From NCBI GenBank assembly GCA_965204535.1, contig CBDBEV010000001.1:2176001-2240000 (forward strand): 64,000 nt of DNA, written 5' to 3'. Below, one piece after another: positions 38,616 through 48,373 of the stretch. The stretch is from a bacterium (lineage in GTDB: Bacteria > UBA8248). How positions within the stretch are numbered: position 1 is the first letter of the stretch; each line of letters starts with the position of its first letter. A program made the position numbers and the translations under genes. The notes under the pieces were generated by a model. It was not told where the DNA came from and made no database searches. It saw only the letters and a program-made list of their open reading frames with translations.

Positions 38616-40091
38616 TTAGTTGGTCGGCGCGAACTTGTCGATGTAAGCGCCGCTGGCGACGCTCGCTCTCCAAGCCGCAATTTGCTCTTTCCGGCCGATG
38701 TCCTCGGTGATGCGGTTCCAGCCTTTTTCGACGTTCTTCGCCGCCTGCTCGGCGGAGATGTTGCCCTGCATGACCTGCGCCATGTTCTTGTCGAGCACGT
38801 TGAAGTACTCGTAGTTACCCTCGATCATGAGCAGGGAGATGGCGTTTTTCGCGTTCTTCATCGTCATCTTCACGAAAGGCTCGGTGTGCTTGGCGAGCAC
38901 GGCCTTGTTCGTCAGGTTCGACATGCGCATCGGGTCCCAGAAGCCCGCCGGGTCGGCGATGGCGATGTCGCCCTGGGTCGGGCCCGTGAACCACTGGATG
39001 AAGTAGTAGGCGAGCTCGGGGTGTTTGCTGTGCGCGTTCACCATGTAGCCGGTGCCGGCCGCCTGCGGCGCGCGGCGCACCATCTTGCCGCTCGCGCCTT
39101 TCACGGCGGGAACCGGGCAGGCCAGCTGCTTACCGCTGATCTTGCTCTTCGGGTTGCGGTTGGCGTAGCCCATCGCCGAGGGGAAGGACATGAACGAGAA
39201 GGCCCGTCCGCTGCCCCAGTGAGGATAGAGCTGCGGCGTTCCCCAGCCCTGCACGTCGGGCGGCATGTACTTGACGATCGAGGTGAATTCCTTGATCGCC
39301 CGGATGCCGTTCGGCGTGTTGATGGTGGGGTTCATGTTCTTGTCGAACAGCAGTCCGCCCATATAAGCCGGGAAGTGCCTGTAGGAGAAGTTGATGCTCC
39401 GGTAGGCCTGCGCGCCGTAGAGCGGCTGATCGAACTTCATGCCCCAGCGGGTCTGGCCCTTTTTCGTGTGGAAGAACTTGGCCATCTGCTCCCACTCGGC
39501 CATCGTGTCGGGACATCCGGGAGCCTTGCCGAACTTGGCCTTGTACTCCTTCGCGGCCGCCTTCATGACGTCCGAGCGCAGGAACAGCGCGATGTGGTCG
39601 CCGTCGAGGATGAACCAGTAGGTGTTCCCCTTGTACTTCTGCTGCGCCAGAAGGCCCGAGTCGATGCCCGTGAAGTCGGGTTTCCCCTTGGCCATGTACG
39701 CATCGAGCGGCTGGAGCGTGCCCGCGCCCACCGCGTCGGGAATGACGTAGGGGAAGTGGTTGATGACGTCGTACTGCCCCGTCTTCGCCACGGCTTCGGC
39801 CATGATCTTGGCCGGGATGTCGGTGTAGCCGTACTGGATGGAGCCCATCTCGACGCCGGTGAGCTTCTTCCATTCCCTCAGGTATTTCGGCTGGGAGTTT
39901 TTGAAGAGCGAAATCAGGAGCATGGTCTGCTTCGGATTCTTCAGATTATGCTTCTTGATGTACGCTTTCGCTCCGTTGATGGCGCGCTCCTCAACCGTCT
40001 TGCCCGGGTGGACCATGGCGGCGAAAGACGTTGAGGCCACGAAAACCGTGAAGCCGATCAGAATCAGTGTTGCGAGAAAAATTCTCTTCAT
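38616..40091 (-). CDS. Carbohydrate ABC extracellular solute-binding protein
   Basis: Signal peptide, SBP_bac_1-like motifs (YDVI, LQPLD, HPELAYYFIQW), operon position. Confidence 0.88.
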   Translation of the reverse strand: MKRIFLATLILIGFTVFVASTSFAAMVHPGKTVEERAINGAKAYIKKHNLKNPKQTMLLISLFKNSQPKYLREWKKLTGVEMGSIQYGYTDIPAKIMAEAVAKTGQYDVINHFPYVIPDAVGAGTLQPLDAYMAKGKPDFTGIDSGLLAQQKYKGNTYWFILDGDHIALFLRSDVMKAAAKEYKAKFGKAPGCPDTMAEWEQMAKFFHTKKGQTRWGMKFDQPLYGAQAYRSINFSYRHFPAYMGGLLFDKNMNPTINTPNGIRAIKEFTSIVKYMPPDVQGWGTPQLYPHWGSGRAFSFMSFPSAMGYANRNPKSKISGKQLACPVPAVKGASGKMVRRAPQAAGTGYMVNAHSKHPELAYYFIQWFTGPTQGDIAIADPAGFWDPMRMSNLTNKAVLAKHTEPFVKMTMKNAKNAISLLMIEGNYEYFNVLDKNMAQVMQGNISAEQAAKNVEKGWNRITEDIGRKEQIAAWRASVASGAYIDKFAPTN

Positions 40092-40268
40092 CTCGATTCC
40101 TCCTCCCTCCTGGTTAGGAAAGGCGATGTCATGCTTGCGAATCGCCGGGTTCGAACGCTAAGTTCCCATTAACTGATTCTTCCTGCCTTATTCCGATGTT
40201 GCCACTTCCTTGCGATACATCGTTTTCCAGACCTTTGTTATTTTTCGTTGGCCATGCAGCGCCGGCCG

Positions 40269-41342
40269 TTATTCCAGCCGCACGCCGCTTTCTGCGTCGA
40301 AAAAGTGCATGCCGCCCGATTGAAAACCGAAGCGGATTTGATCGCCGGGGCTGAACTCGCGCTCGGCGTCGACTTTGGCCACCAGAAATTCCTCATTGCC
40401 GCAGGAGAAGAAAACCAGCGTTTCGTCTCCCAGCGGTTCGATGAGCCTGACCTCCGCGGTCGCGCCCTCATCCCCGATTGTCACGTTCTCGGAACGCACG
40501 CCGAGGTTGATCGCTTTGTCTATAGCGGAGCCGGGCACAGCGCCAGGCTCGATGCTCAGCTCGAAATATTCGGAGACGAACTTCGAGGAGTCGCTGTTCT
40601 CGATGCGTCCCGAGATCACGTTCATCGTCGGCTGGCCGAAGAACGTGCCCACGAACTGGTTGGTTGGTTTTCTGTATATCCCGAGCGGGGTGTCGATCTG
40701 CTGCACGTATCCGCGGTCCATGACCATGATGCGGTCCGCCATCGTCATGGCTTCGGCCTGATCGTGGGTGACGTAGACGAAGGTGGATTTGAGTTCCTCG
40801 TGGAGGCGCTTGAGTTCGGTGCGCATCTCGATGCGCAGCTTGGCGTCCAGGCTGGACAGCGGCTCGTCCATGAGCAGGACTTGCGGCTGGGTAATGATCG
40901 TTCGCGCGAGCGCCACCCGCTGCGCCTCGCCGCCCGAGCACTGGGCGGGTTTTTTGGATAGCAGGTGGGATATCTTCATGGTCGTGGCGACTCTGGAAAC
41001 CCGCTCTTTCACGTCTGTTTCCCCGGTCTTGTCCACGCGCAGACCGAAAGCGATGTTCTCGAAGACGGTCATGTGAGGGAACAGGGCGAGGTCCTGGAAC
41101 ACCATGCCCAGGCCGCGGTCGCCCGGTTCGAGGTGGTTCACCATGCGGTCGCCGATGAACATCGTACCGCTCGTGGGTTCCTCGAATCCGGAGATCATGT
41201 TGAGCGTGGTGGTTTTTCCGCAGCCCGACGGCCCGACCACCACCATGAACTCGCCGTCACTCACCTCGAGGTCAACGCCCGCAACGGCGGTGACGGTTTC
41301 ACCGAATTTTTTCACCAGGTTTTGGAGTGTAATGGAGGCCAC
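40269..41342 (-). CDS. Carbohydrate ABC ATP-binding protein (MalK-like)
   Basis: GPSGCGKTT, SGGEAQRVALAR, LMDEPLSSLDAKLR, YVTHDQAEA, TOBE tail; GTG start assumed. Confidence 0.95.
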   Translation of the reverse strand: MASITLQNLVKKFGETVTAVAGVDLEVSDGEFMVVVGPSGCGKTTTLNMISGFEEPTSGTMFIGDRMVNHLEPGDRGLGMVFQDLALFPHMTVFENIAFGLRVDKTGETDVKERVSRVATTMKISHLLSKKPAQCSGGEAQRVALARTIITQPQVLLMDEPLSSLDAKLRIEMRTELKRLHEELKSTFVYVTHDQAEAMTMADRIMVMDRGYVQQIDTPLGIYRKPTNQFVGTFFGQPTMNVISGRIENSDSSKFVSEYFELSIEPGAVPGSAIDKAINLGVRSENVTIGDEGATAEVRLIEPLGDETLVFFSCGNEEFLVAKVDAEREFSPGDQIRFGFQSGGMHFFDAESGVRLE

Positions 41343-41715
41343 CGTATTTTTCCCCTTCAAATTCGATGGTCAATAGACATCGCCACAAACCAAAGGGCGA
41401 TGCGCTGCTTAGTCGTGAACTCTGATGAGTCTATTATGCACATGTTTGTTCTGATTTTCAAATTCTTCATGTTTTTCATACGTTTGTAAAGCCCAGGTTA
41501 TGTGAGGGGATTCAAGTTTCTCGTATTTTCTGATTTGGTTCATGGGCCGCTGCTCGGCCATTGATTTCTTGTCACTTTGCTACCTGGGCTTAAACAACCG
41601 TGAACTTCGGGATTCTTCTTTCAATTTCCCCATGTTGAATTTATTTGCATAATTGTTTAGTAGAACTAAGCAACGCTCCAACCACATTGATGCCCGGATG
41701 ATGATGGGGGCAACG

Positions 41716-42408
41716 TTGGCTGAAAAAATTCTCATCGTGGAAGACGAGATCGACATTCGCGAACTCCTCACCTACAACCTCCAACGGGAGGGATTCGGGG
41801 TCGTGGGCGCGGCCAATGGCGAAGATGCCCTGGAAGCGCTCCAGAGCGAGCAGCTCCAACTGATTGTTCTCGACCTCATGCTTCCCGATATATCCGGCCT
41901 CGAGATTTGCCGCCATATCCGGCGGGATTCCGCGCTGAGCCGGCTGCCCGTGATCATGCTGACCGCCAAGGGAGAAGAGGTGGACCGCATCGTCGGTTTC
42001 GAGTTGGGCGCGGACGATTACGTGACCAAGCCCTTCAACATCCGGGAAATGATCCTGCGCGTTAAAGCGGTGCTCGCGCGAGCGAAAACGACGCCGGCTG
42101 CGGGAAAATCACTCAGGCGCGGACCGCTGACCATCGACTCCGAGCAATACGAAGCGTCGGTGGACGGACGCCAACTCTCCCTGACGGCGACGGAATTTCG
42201 TCTTTTGCACCACCTGGCCGCTCACCCCGGTTTCGCCCGAAATCGCGACGAGTTGCTTGATGTCATCTGGGGAGAAGATAAATTCGTCACTCCCCGCACG
42301 GTGGACACGTATATCCGCCGCCTGCGGGAGAAGCTCGGCCCGGCGGGGGATATGATCCAGACGCTTCGAGGCGTGGGGTACCGGTTCAAGAAGATGTCCG
42401 AAGAGTAG
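41716..42408 (+). CDS. phoB: OmpR/PhoB family response regulator
   Basis: ILIVEDE, VLDLMLP, MLTAKGEEVDRIVGFELGADDYVTKPF, RTVDTYIRRLREKL; next to phoR and pst; start could be 41698. Confidence 0.88.
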   Translation: MAEKILIVEDEIDIRELLTYNLQREGFGVVGAANGEDALEALQSEQLQLIVLDLMLPDISGLEICRHIRRDSALSRLPVIMLTAKGEEVDRIVGFELGADDYVTKPFNIREMILRVKAVLARAKTTPAAGKSLRRGPLTIDSEQYEASVDGRQLSLTATEFRLLHHLAAHPGFARNRDELLDVIWGEDKFVTPRTVDTYIRRLREKLGPAGDMIQTLRGVGYRFKKMSEE

Positions 42409-42438
42409 TCCTCCTCGCCACCCGGAGGAAACCCGCAT

Positions 42439-44214
42439 ATGCGCAGATCCTTCTACAAGAAACTGATGGCGAGTTATCTCGTCGTCATCACCGTGGTGTT
42501 CTCGGCGGGGATGATTTACCTCCATTTCGGTCTCTCGGCCCAGTTGATGGAACAGGCGGAGGAGAACCTCGCCCGCAACGCGCGGCTAGCCCGCCGTCAA
42601 CTGGTTTCCTCGATTTCGGCGAACCCGCAAAGTGATCGCATGAATGTAGTCGCCGAGGAAATCGGCCGCGCGCTCGGCGTGCGCGTGACGGTCATATCCG
42701 CCTCGGGAAAGCTGCTCGCGGACTCCGACCTCGCGCTCGATGGCTCCGAACGAGCCGAGAGCCGCGCCGACAGGCCCGAAGTCATCGCGGCGAAAGAAAA
42801 GAGGATAGGCTCCAGCGTCCGTCGCAGCCCGAGGGGCGAGGGAGACTTGCTCTATCTGGCTCTTCCGATTAACGCGGGTCCGGTGTCCGGCGGCGTAATT
42901 CGGTTGGCCATGAGTCTTCGGGAAATCGAAGAGACCATCGCCGAGATGCGGGGTCTTCTCCTGGTGGCCGGCGCTCTCGCGTTTTTGCTCGCCATCGCGG
43001 TCAGTTTCGGGGCCGGCGTTATCGTACGCCGGGGGTTCGATGAGATTTATAGATCCGTGCAGAAGATTGCCCGCGGCGACTTCAGTTACCGCATCGCTTC
43101 GAGACGGCAGGATGAGTTGGGCGAACTCGCGCGGACCATGGACCAGCTCGCTTCGGAGGTGGAAGCCCGTCTCGATGAGCTGCGCAACGAGCGCGACAGG
43201 CTGGAAGCGATTCTCGAGGGAATGACCGAGGGCGTCATGGTCACCAACGCCACGGGGGATATCCTCCTCGTAAACACCGCTTTCAGGGAGTTCTTTCCCT
43301 CGCTGCCCGATTTCGAGGATGGCACGCCCATTCCTCTCGAAGCCGTGCGCTCCACCGAAGTGCAGGAAGCCGTGCGGGATATGCTCTCTCGCTCCGCGGC
43401 CCGGATGGAGCGTGAGGTGGAAGTCCTGCCCGCGCGCACGCTGACCTTACACGCCAAGCGGGCGAGAGCGGAGGGAGAATCGAACCTCGTCCTGGTGTTT
43501 CACGACGTCACCGAGGTGAAACGGCTCGCAGGAATACGGCGCGAATTCACCGCCAACGTCTCTCATGAGTTGCGCACGCCCTTGACGGCGATACAGTGGG
43601 CGGCCCAGACGCTCGAGGTGACTGCGCAATCAGACCCCGAGGCGACGCGGCGCTTCGCCTCGACCATCAACCGCCACGCGCGGCGCCTCTCGGCCCTGGT
43701 CGAGGACCTGCTCGAACTCGGGAGGATAGAATCCAAGGAAGAGCACGTCCGCCTCCAGGAAGTTTCCATACAGAGCGCGATGGACTCGGTCGCGCACACC
43801 CTGGCCCCCGTTGTCGAGAAAAGAGGCGTTCGCCTGGACCTGCGGGTTCCTGAAGAAGCCGACCACGTCCGGGCGGACCCGGCAGCTCTGGAGCGAGTCC
43901 TCATCAATCTGGCCGAAAACGGGGTGAATTACAGTTCCGAGGGCGGCGAAATCACCGTGTCCGGACACCTGCGCGAAGATGGCTTCGTCGAGGTTTCGGT
44001 GGCCGATCAGGGAGAGGGGATCCCCCCCGAGCATCTTCCCCGGATATTCGAGCGCTTCTACCGAGTGGATTCGGCCCGCGCTCGGGAGAACGGGGGCACC
44101 GGCCTGGGGCTTTCCATCGTGAAGCATCTCGTTCAGGAGATGGGCGGCGACGTCTGGGTCGATAGCACGCCGGGCCGGGGCTCCACCTTCCACTTCACCG
44201 TTCCCACGCCCTGA
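42439..44214 (+). CDS. phoR: Sensor histidine kinase (HAMP-PAS-HisKA-HATPase)
   Basis: EFTANVSHELRTPLTAI, NLAENGVNY, RIFERFYRVD, GGTGLGLSIVKH. Confidence 0.9.
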   Translation: MRRSFYKKLMASYLVVITVVFSAGMIYLHFGLSAQLMEQAEENLARNARLARRQLVSSISANPQSDRMNVVAEEIGRALGVRVTVISASGKLLADSDLALDGSERAESRADRPEVIAAKEKRIGSSVRRSPRGEGDLLYLALPINAGPVSGGVIRLAMSLREIEETIAEMRGLLLVAGALAFLLAIAVSFGAGVIVRRGFDEIYRSVQKIARGDFSYRIASRRQDELGELARTMDQLASEVEARLDELRNERDRLEAILEGMTEGVMVTNATGDILLVNTAFREFFPSLPDFEDGTPIPLEAVRSTEVQEAVRDMLSRSAARMEREVEVLPARTLTLHAKRARAEGESNLVLVFHDVTEVKRLAGIRREFTANVSHELRTPLTAIQWAAQTLEVTAQSDPEATRRFASTINRHARRLSALVEDLLELGRIESKEEHVRLQEVSIQSAMDSVAHTLAPVVEKRGVRLDLRVPEEADHVRADPAALERVLINLAENGVNYSSEGGEITVSGHLREDGFVEVSVADQGEGIPPEHLPRIFERFYRVDSARARENGGTGLGLSIVKHLVQEMGGDVWVDSTPGRGSTFHFTVPTP

Positions 44215-44560
44215 GCGGGGCCGGCACCTTCTAATATAGGTTTTGGTTCGGGCCGGTTTCATTGCGGGGGCGGATTTGACCCTTGCGCCCCTCGATGCGC
44301 GAAACGAAGCCGGCATCCCGAAAACCGGATTTGTCCAAAAAATCACTCGATTGCCATCCGTTCGTAACATTCCCTGTCCATTTTTTCTCTATAGTCCACC
44401 TCGTTCGGAGAGCAATCGCAGGACGAAGCACTTTTGCTCAGGGCTGTCGCCACACAGCCGCCTCAAGAAGCGATGAAGTTCTCCGGGCAAAGAAGCGCGC
44501 AGTCCATGGGGAATGCGGGAAGGTAGAGATTCACAAGTGTGGGAAGAGAGGGTCCGTCCG

Positions 44561-44626
44561 TGTCTCTGTATGTTCACAGTTTTGTCACGAAAATGTAACA
44601 AAGTATTTCGTTTTTTCCTGTAGTTT
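44561..44626 (+). promoter_or_regulatory. Pho box array and -10 element of the pstS promoter
   Basis: 11-bp periodic hexamers TGTCTC (44561), GTTCAC (44572), TGTCAC (44583), TGTAAC (44594), then TAGTTT at 44621. Confidence 0.75.
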
Positions 44627-44652
44627 CAATCCACCCATAGGAGGAAGTGAGA

Positions 44653-45654
44653 ATGAGCAGGTTTTCCAGGATTTGCGGTTTGGCCTTCGCGGCTGCGATT
44701 TGCCTCGTGCTCGTAGCGCAGCCCGCCGGCGCGGCCCTGATGGTGGACAAGAAGTTGCCCGCCTACAAGGCCACCAGCGGCGTTTCCGGGAACGTGAAGT
44801 CCGTCGGCTCGGATACGCTGAACAACCTCATGACGCTCTGGGCCGAGGGCTTCAGGCGTTCCTACCCGGACGTGAAAATCGAGATCGAGGGCAAAGGCTC
44901 TTCGACGGCACCTCCCGCGCTCATCGCCGGCACCTCGAACTTCGGCCCGATGTCGCGCGCCATGAAATCGAAGGAAACGGACGCTTTCGAGAAGAAGTTC
45001 GGCTATAAACCGGGCCGCATCCGCGTCGCCGTGGACGCCCTGGCCGTCTTCACGAACAAGGACAACCCTCTCAAGTGTCTGAGCCTGCCGCAGGTCGACG
45101 CCATTTTCTCCAAGACCCGCAAGGGCGGCATGAAGACCGATATCGCTACGTGGGGCGAGGTCGGCCTCAAGGGCATGTGGGCGAGCAAGCCCATTTCCGT
45201 CTATGGCCGCAACTCGGCTTCCGGCACGTACGGCTACTTCAAGAAAGTGGCCCTCTATAAAGGCGACTACAAAGACTCCGTGAAAGAACAGCCCGGTTCC
45301 TCGGCTGTGGTGCAGGGCGTGGCTTCCGATAAGTTCGCCATCGGCTACTCGGGCATCGGCTACAAGACAGCAGACGTGATCGCACTTCCGGTGTCCAAAA
45401 AGACCGGCGGCAAATGCTACGGCCCCGAAGCCAAGAACGCCTATTCGGGCAACTACCCGGTCGCGCGTTTCCTCTACATCTACGTCAACAAGAACCCGAA
45501 CCAGCCGCTCGACCCCCTGAGAGCCCAGTTCGTCAAGTACATCTTCTCGAAGGAAGGCCAGCAGGCCGTCATCAAAGCGGGGTTTTTCCCGGTGAACGCG
45601 GCCATCGCGAAACTGGATCTCGGCGGCCTCGGCCTCGGGTTGGGAAGCAACTAG
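44653..45654 (+). CDS. pstS: Phosphate ABC substrate-binding protein
   Basis: SVGSDT, EGKGSSTAPPAL, GPMSR, GRNSASGTYGYFK, IGYSGIGY, YPVARFLYIY. Confidence 0.95.
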   Translation: MSRFSRICGLAFAAAICLVLVAQPAGAALMVDKKLPAYKATSGVSGNVKSVGSDTLNNLMTLWAEGFRRSYPDVKIEIEGKGSSTAPPALIAGTSNFGPMSRAMKSKETDAFEKKFGYKPGRIRVAVDALAVFTNKDNPLKCLSLPQVDAIFSKTRKGGMKTDIATWGEVGLKGMWASKPISVYGRNSASGTYGYFKKVALYKGDYKDSVKEQPGSSAVVQGVASDKFAIGYSGIGYKTADVIALPVSKKTGGKCYGPEAKNAYSGNYPVARFLYIYVNKNPNQPLDPLRAQFVKYIFSKEGQQAVIKAGFFPVNAAIAKLDLGGLGLGLGSN

Positions 45655-45674
45655 TTTTTCCACACAGCGCGGCG

Positions 45675-45719
45675 GCGGGGACGGCGGAGTTGATTCGCCG
45701 TCCCCCCGCTTTCATTTTT
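45675..45719 (+). terminator. Stem-loop after pstS
   Basis: ggggacggcgga...ttcgccgtcccc followed by a T-rich tract. Confidence 0.6.
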
Positions 45720-45732
45720 GAAAAAGAGAGAT

Positions 45733-48366
45733 ATGAGCGAAGGCCGGGTTTCAGACGCTGAGGATAAAGAACCGAGAAAGCCGGGCCGGACGCGCGACTT
45801 GAGGGCAAGACAATCCGTCCGGATCATCGACAAGCTCGCCACCAATATCATCACCGTCGGCGGGCTCTTCGTGATTCTGGCCGTGCTCGGGATCATGGCG
45901 TTTCTCGTGGCAGTGGCCTTGCCGTTATTCGCCGGAGAAACGATAACCGGCTCGGGCGTCTTCCGGGTCGCTGCGCCCAAGAGCTCTCTCCTCAGCGTCG
46001 AGGTGGACGATTACAACACCATCGCCGTTCTGGTTTCGAAAGACGGCGTGTTGACGCCCGTCCACGCATCGACCGGAAAACCGCTCGCGACGTTGAAACT
46101 CGATTTCGAGGGCGCCGAGGCGAGCGCTTTCGGGCGAACGCTCAAGAGCGGAAACGTCGCCTTCGGCTTTCCCGACGGAACGGTCCGGTTCGGAAAGATC
46201 GTCTTCCGCACACAGATATTGCCGGCCGAAAGGGTTCCGAAGGGACTCACCAAAATCGACGAGCGTGATTTCACCGACGGCAAGGTCGTTTATTCGCGGA
46301 TTCCGGGCGACCAGATGCGGAAGATCTGGGTGGAAGCGGAAGTCAAGGAACCGCAGGAGGTGGCGCCGCAAGGGACGCCCATCGTGAAACTCGACTACAA
46401 GGTGGGAGGAACGCCCGAGCGGCCGAGCATCTCCTTCGCCACGGTAGACGCCGAGGGCGTGGCGCGCCTGAGCCTGACGGAGACGAAGGTCAATCTCCTG
46501 ACGGGGCGGACCACCTCGTCCGTGGAGAGCGTGGTTCTACCCGATTTGCCGCCCGGAACGCGCATCGTCGACATACTCCTCACGGAAAAGGCCGACAAGG
46601 TGTACATCGGCGTCGAGAAAGGCTTCCTGCTTCGCTACGACACCAGGAGCTTCGACGCCATTACTCTCGTGGAGAAGCGCGATCTGCTTCCCATGGATGA
46701 GAAGCTGACAGTGTTCAAGGCCCTCATCGGCGAGGAATCCATCGTCGTGGGAGGCTCCAGGGGCTCATTGAGCATCTTCTTCCAGGCGCGCAGGCCGGGC
46801 GCCACCACCTCGGACGGACTGGTGTTGGTGCGCGGCCATGAACTGGAGAAGCACGCCGCCGCCGTTTCGGGTTTTTCCACCTCCCAGCGCAGCCGGATGT
46901 TCGTCACGATGGGCTCGGGCGGAGACATCTGGCTTCGCCATGCCACGAGCGAGTCGACGCTGCTGCGCTTCAAGATGAAGGACATGACCGGCTCTGCGCG
47001 ATACATTCGCCTTTCCCCGCGCGATGACGCCATCGTCGCCACGGACGAGAAGGGCGTGGTGAATTTCTGGAAATTCGAGGCCGAACACCCCGAGACGACC
47101 TTTCATACCCTGTTCGGAAAAGTCTGGTACGAAGGCTACCCCAAACCCGAGTATACATGGCAATCCTCCTCGGGAGACGATGCGTTCGAGGAGAAGATTT
47201 CCCTCATCCCCCTGATATTCGGGACCATCAAGGGAACGGTTTATTCTCTCATCTTCGCGATACCCATCGCGGTGCTGGGCGCTATTTTCACCTCCGAGTT
47301 CATCGGCCCGGAAGTGCGCTCCGTCGTGAAGCCCGCGATGGAGATGATGGCCTCGCTCCCCTCGGTGGTTCTCGGCTTCGTGGCCGCCCTGATTCTCGCG
47401 CCCATTGTGGAAACGTGGATTGCCGCGGTCTTGCTCACGTTCATGCTGATCCCGTTTCTGCTGTTGCTTTCGGCTTATTTGTGGCAGGTGATGCCGCCGC
47501 GTGTCTCCCTCCCCCTGTCGGGATTTCCCAAGCTCGGCCTGGTGTTCTTCGTCATCATCCTGGGTTCACTGCTCGGCTATCTTATCGGGCCGGGATTCGA
47601 GAGGCTCTTGTTCGGCGGGGACTTCAAGGCCTGGGCGAACGGAAACATCGGGATAGCGACGCCGATGTTGTTCATCATTTTTTATCCCGTGTCATTCATA
47701 CTCGTTGCTTTCCTGGCCGAGCGGTTTTTGGGATATGGATGGAGACAAAAACTCAGACAGATGGACCATTCACGGGGTGCGCTCTTCGAGCTTCTTCGCT
47801 GGGGCGGCATGCTGGTCGCCGCCGGACTGCTGAGCTGGGTGACGGCCGTGGTGCTCACGGCACTCGGTCTGGATGCGCGCGGCGGGGTCATCGACACCTA
47901 TGTCCAGCGCAACTCCCTCGTCGTGGGCTTCGCAATGGGTTTCGCCGTCATCCCGCTCATCTACACCATCGCCGAAGACGCGCTCAACTCCGTGCCCGGC
48001 CACTTGAGAGCGGCGAGCCTCGCTTGCGGCGCCACGCCCTGGCAGACGGCGCTTTGGGTCATCCTGCCCACTGCGGCCAGCGGGATTTTCGCCGCCGTGA
48101 TGATCGGCATGGGCCGCGCGGTGGGCGAAACGATGATCGTCGTCATGGCGGCGGGCAACACCCCGGTTCTGGACTGGAACATTTTCTCGGGCCTCAGGGC
48201 GCTTTCGGCGAACATTGCGGTGGAGCTTCCAGAAGCCGTCAAGGACGGGACCCTCTACCGGGTGCTGTTCCTGGCGGCCCTCGTTCTCTTCGCGATGACG
48301 TTCGTCGTCAATACGATTGCAGAGGTGGTTCGCCTGCGCTTCCGCAAGCGCGCCTCGCAGTTGTGA
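45733..48366 (+). CDS. pstC: Phosphate ABC permease PstC, long form with large beta-rich extracytoplasmic insertion
   Basis: KPAMEMMASLPSVVLG, MGRAVGETMIV, LSANIAVELPEA, FVVNTIAE. Confidence 0.92.
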   Translation: MSEGRVSDAEDKEPRKPGRTRDLRARQSVRIIDKLATNIITVGGLFVILAVLGIMAFLVAVALPLFAGETITGSGVFRVAAPKSSLLSVEVDDYNTIAVLVSKDGVLTPVHASTGKPLATLKLDFEGAEASAFGRTLKSGNVAFGFPDGTVRFGKIVFRTQILPAERVPKGLTKIDERDFTDGKVVYSRIPGDQMRKIWVEAEVKEPQEVAPQGTPIVKLDYKVGGTPERPSISFATVDAEGVARLSLTETKVNLLTGRTTSSVESVVLPDLPPGTRIVDILLTEKADKVYIGVEKGFLLRYDTRSFDAITLVEKRDLLPMDEKLTVFKALIGEESIVVGGSRGSLSIFFQARRPGATTSDGLVLVRGHELEKHAAAVSGFSTSQRSRMFVTMGSGGDIWLRHATSESTLLRFKMKDMTGSARYIRLSPRDDAIVATDEKGVVNFWKFEAEHPETTFHTLFGKVWYEGYPKPEYTWQSSSGDDAFEEKISLIPLIFGTIKGTVYSLIFAIPIAVLGAIFTSEFIGPEVRSVVKPAMEMMASLPSVVLGFVAALILAPIVETWIAAVLLTFMLIPFLLLLSAYLWQVMPPRVSLPLSGFPKLGLVFFVIILGSLLGYLIGPGFERLLFGGDFKAWANGNIGIATPMLFIIFYPVSFILVAFLAERFLGYGWRQKLRQMDHSRGALFELLRWGGMLVAAGLLSWVTAVVLTALGLDARGGVIDTYVQRNSLVVGFAMGFAVIPLIYTIAEDALNSVPGHLRAASLACGATPWQTALWVILPTAASGIFAAVMIGMGRAVGETMIVVMAAGNTPVLDWNIFSGLRALSANIAVELPEAVKDGTLYRVLFLAALVLFAMTFVVNTIAEVVRLRFRKRASQL

Positions 48367-48373
48367 GGACAGG

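Noticed and set aside
35395-40034. Long + strand ORFs of 745 and 726 aa (also 1177..3519, 4799..6301, 31460..33061, 53603..55276)
   Set aside because: Shadow or alternate-frame ORFs over well-supported genes, expected from high-GC codon bias
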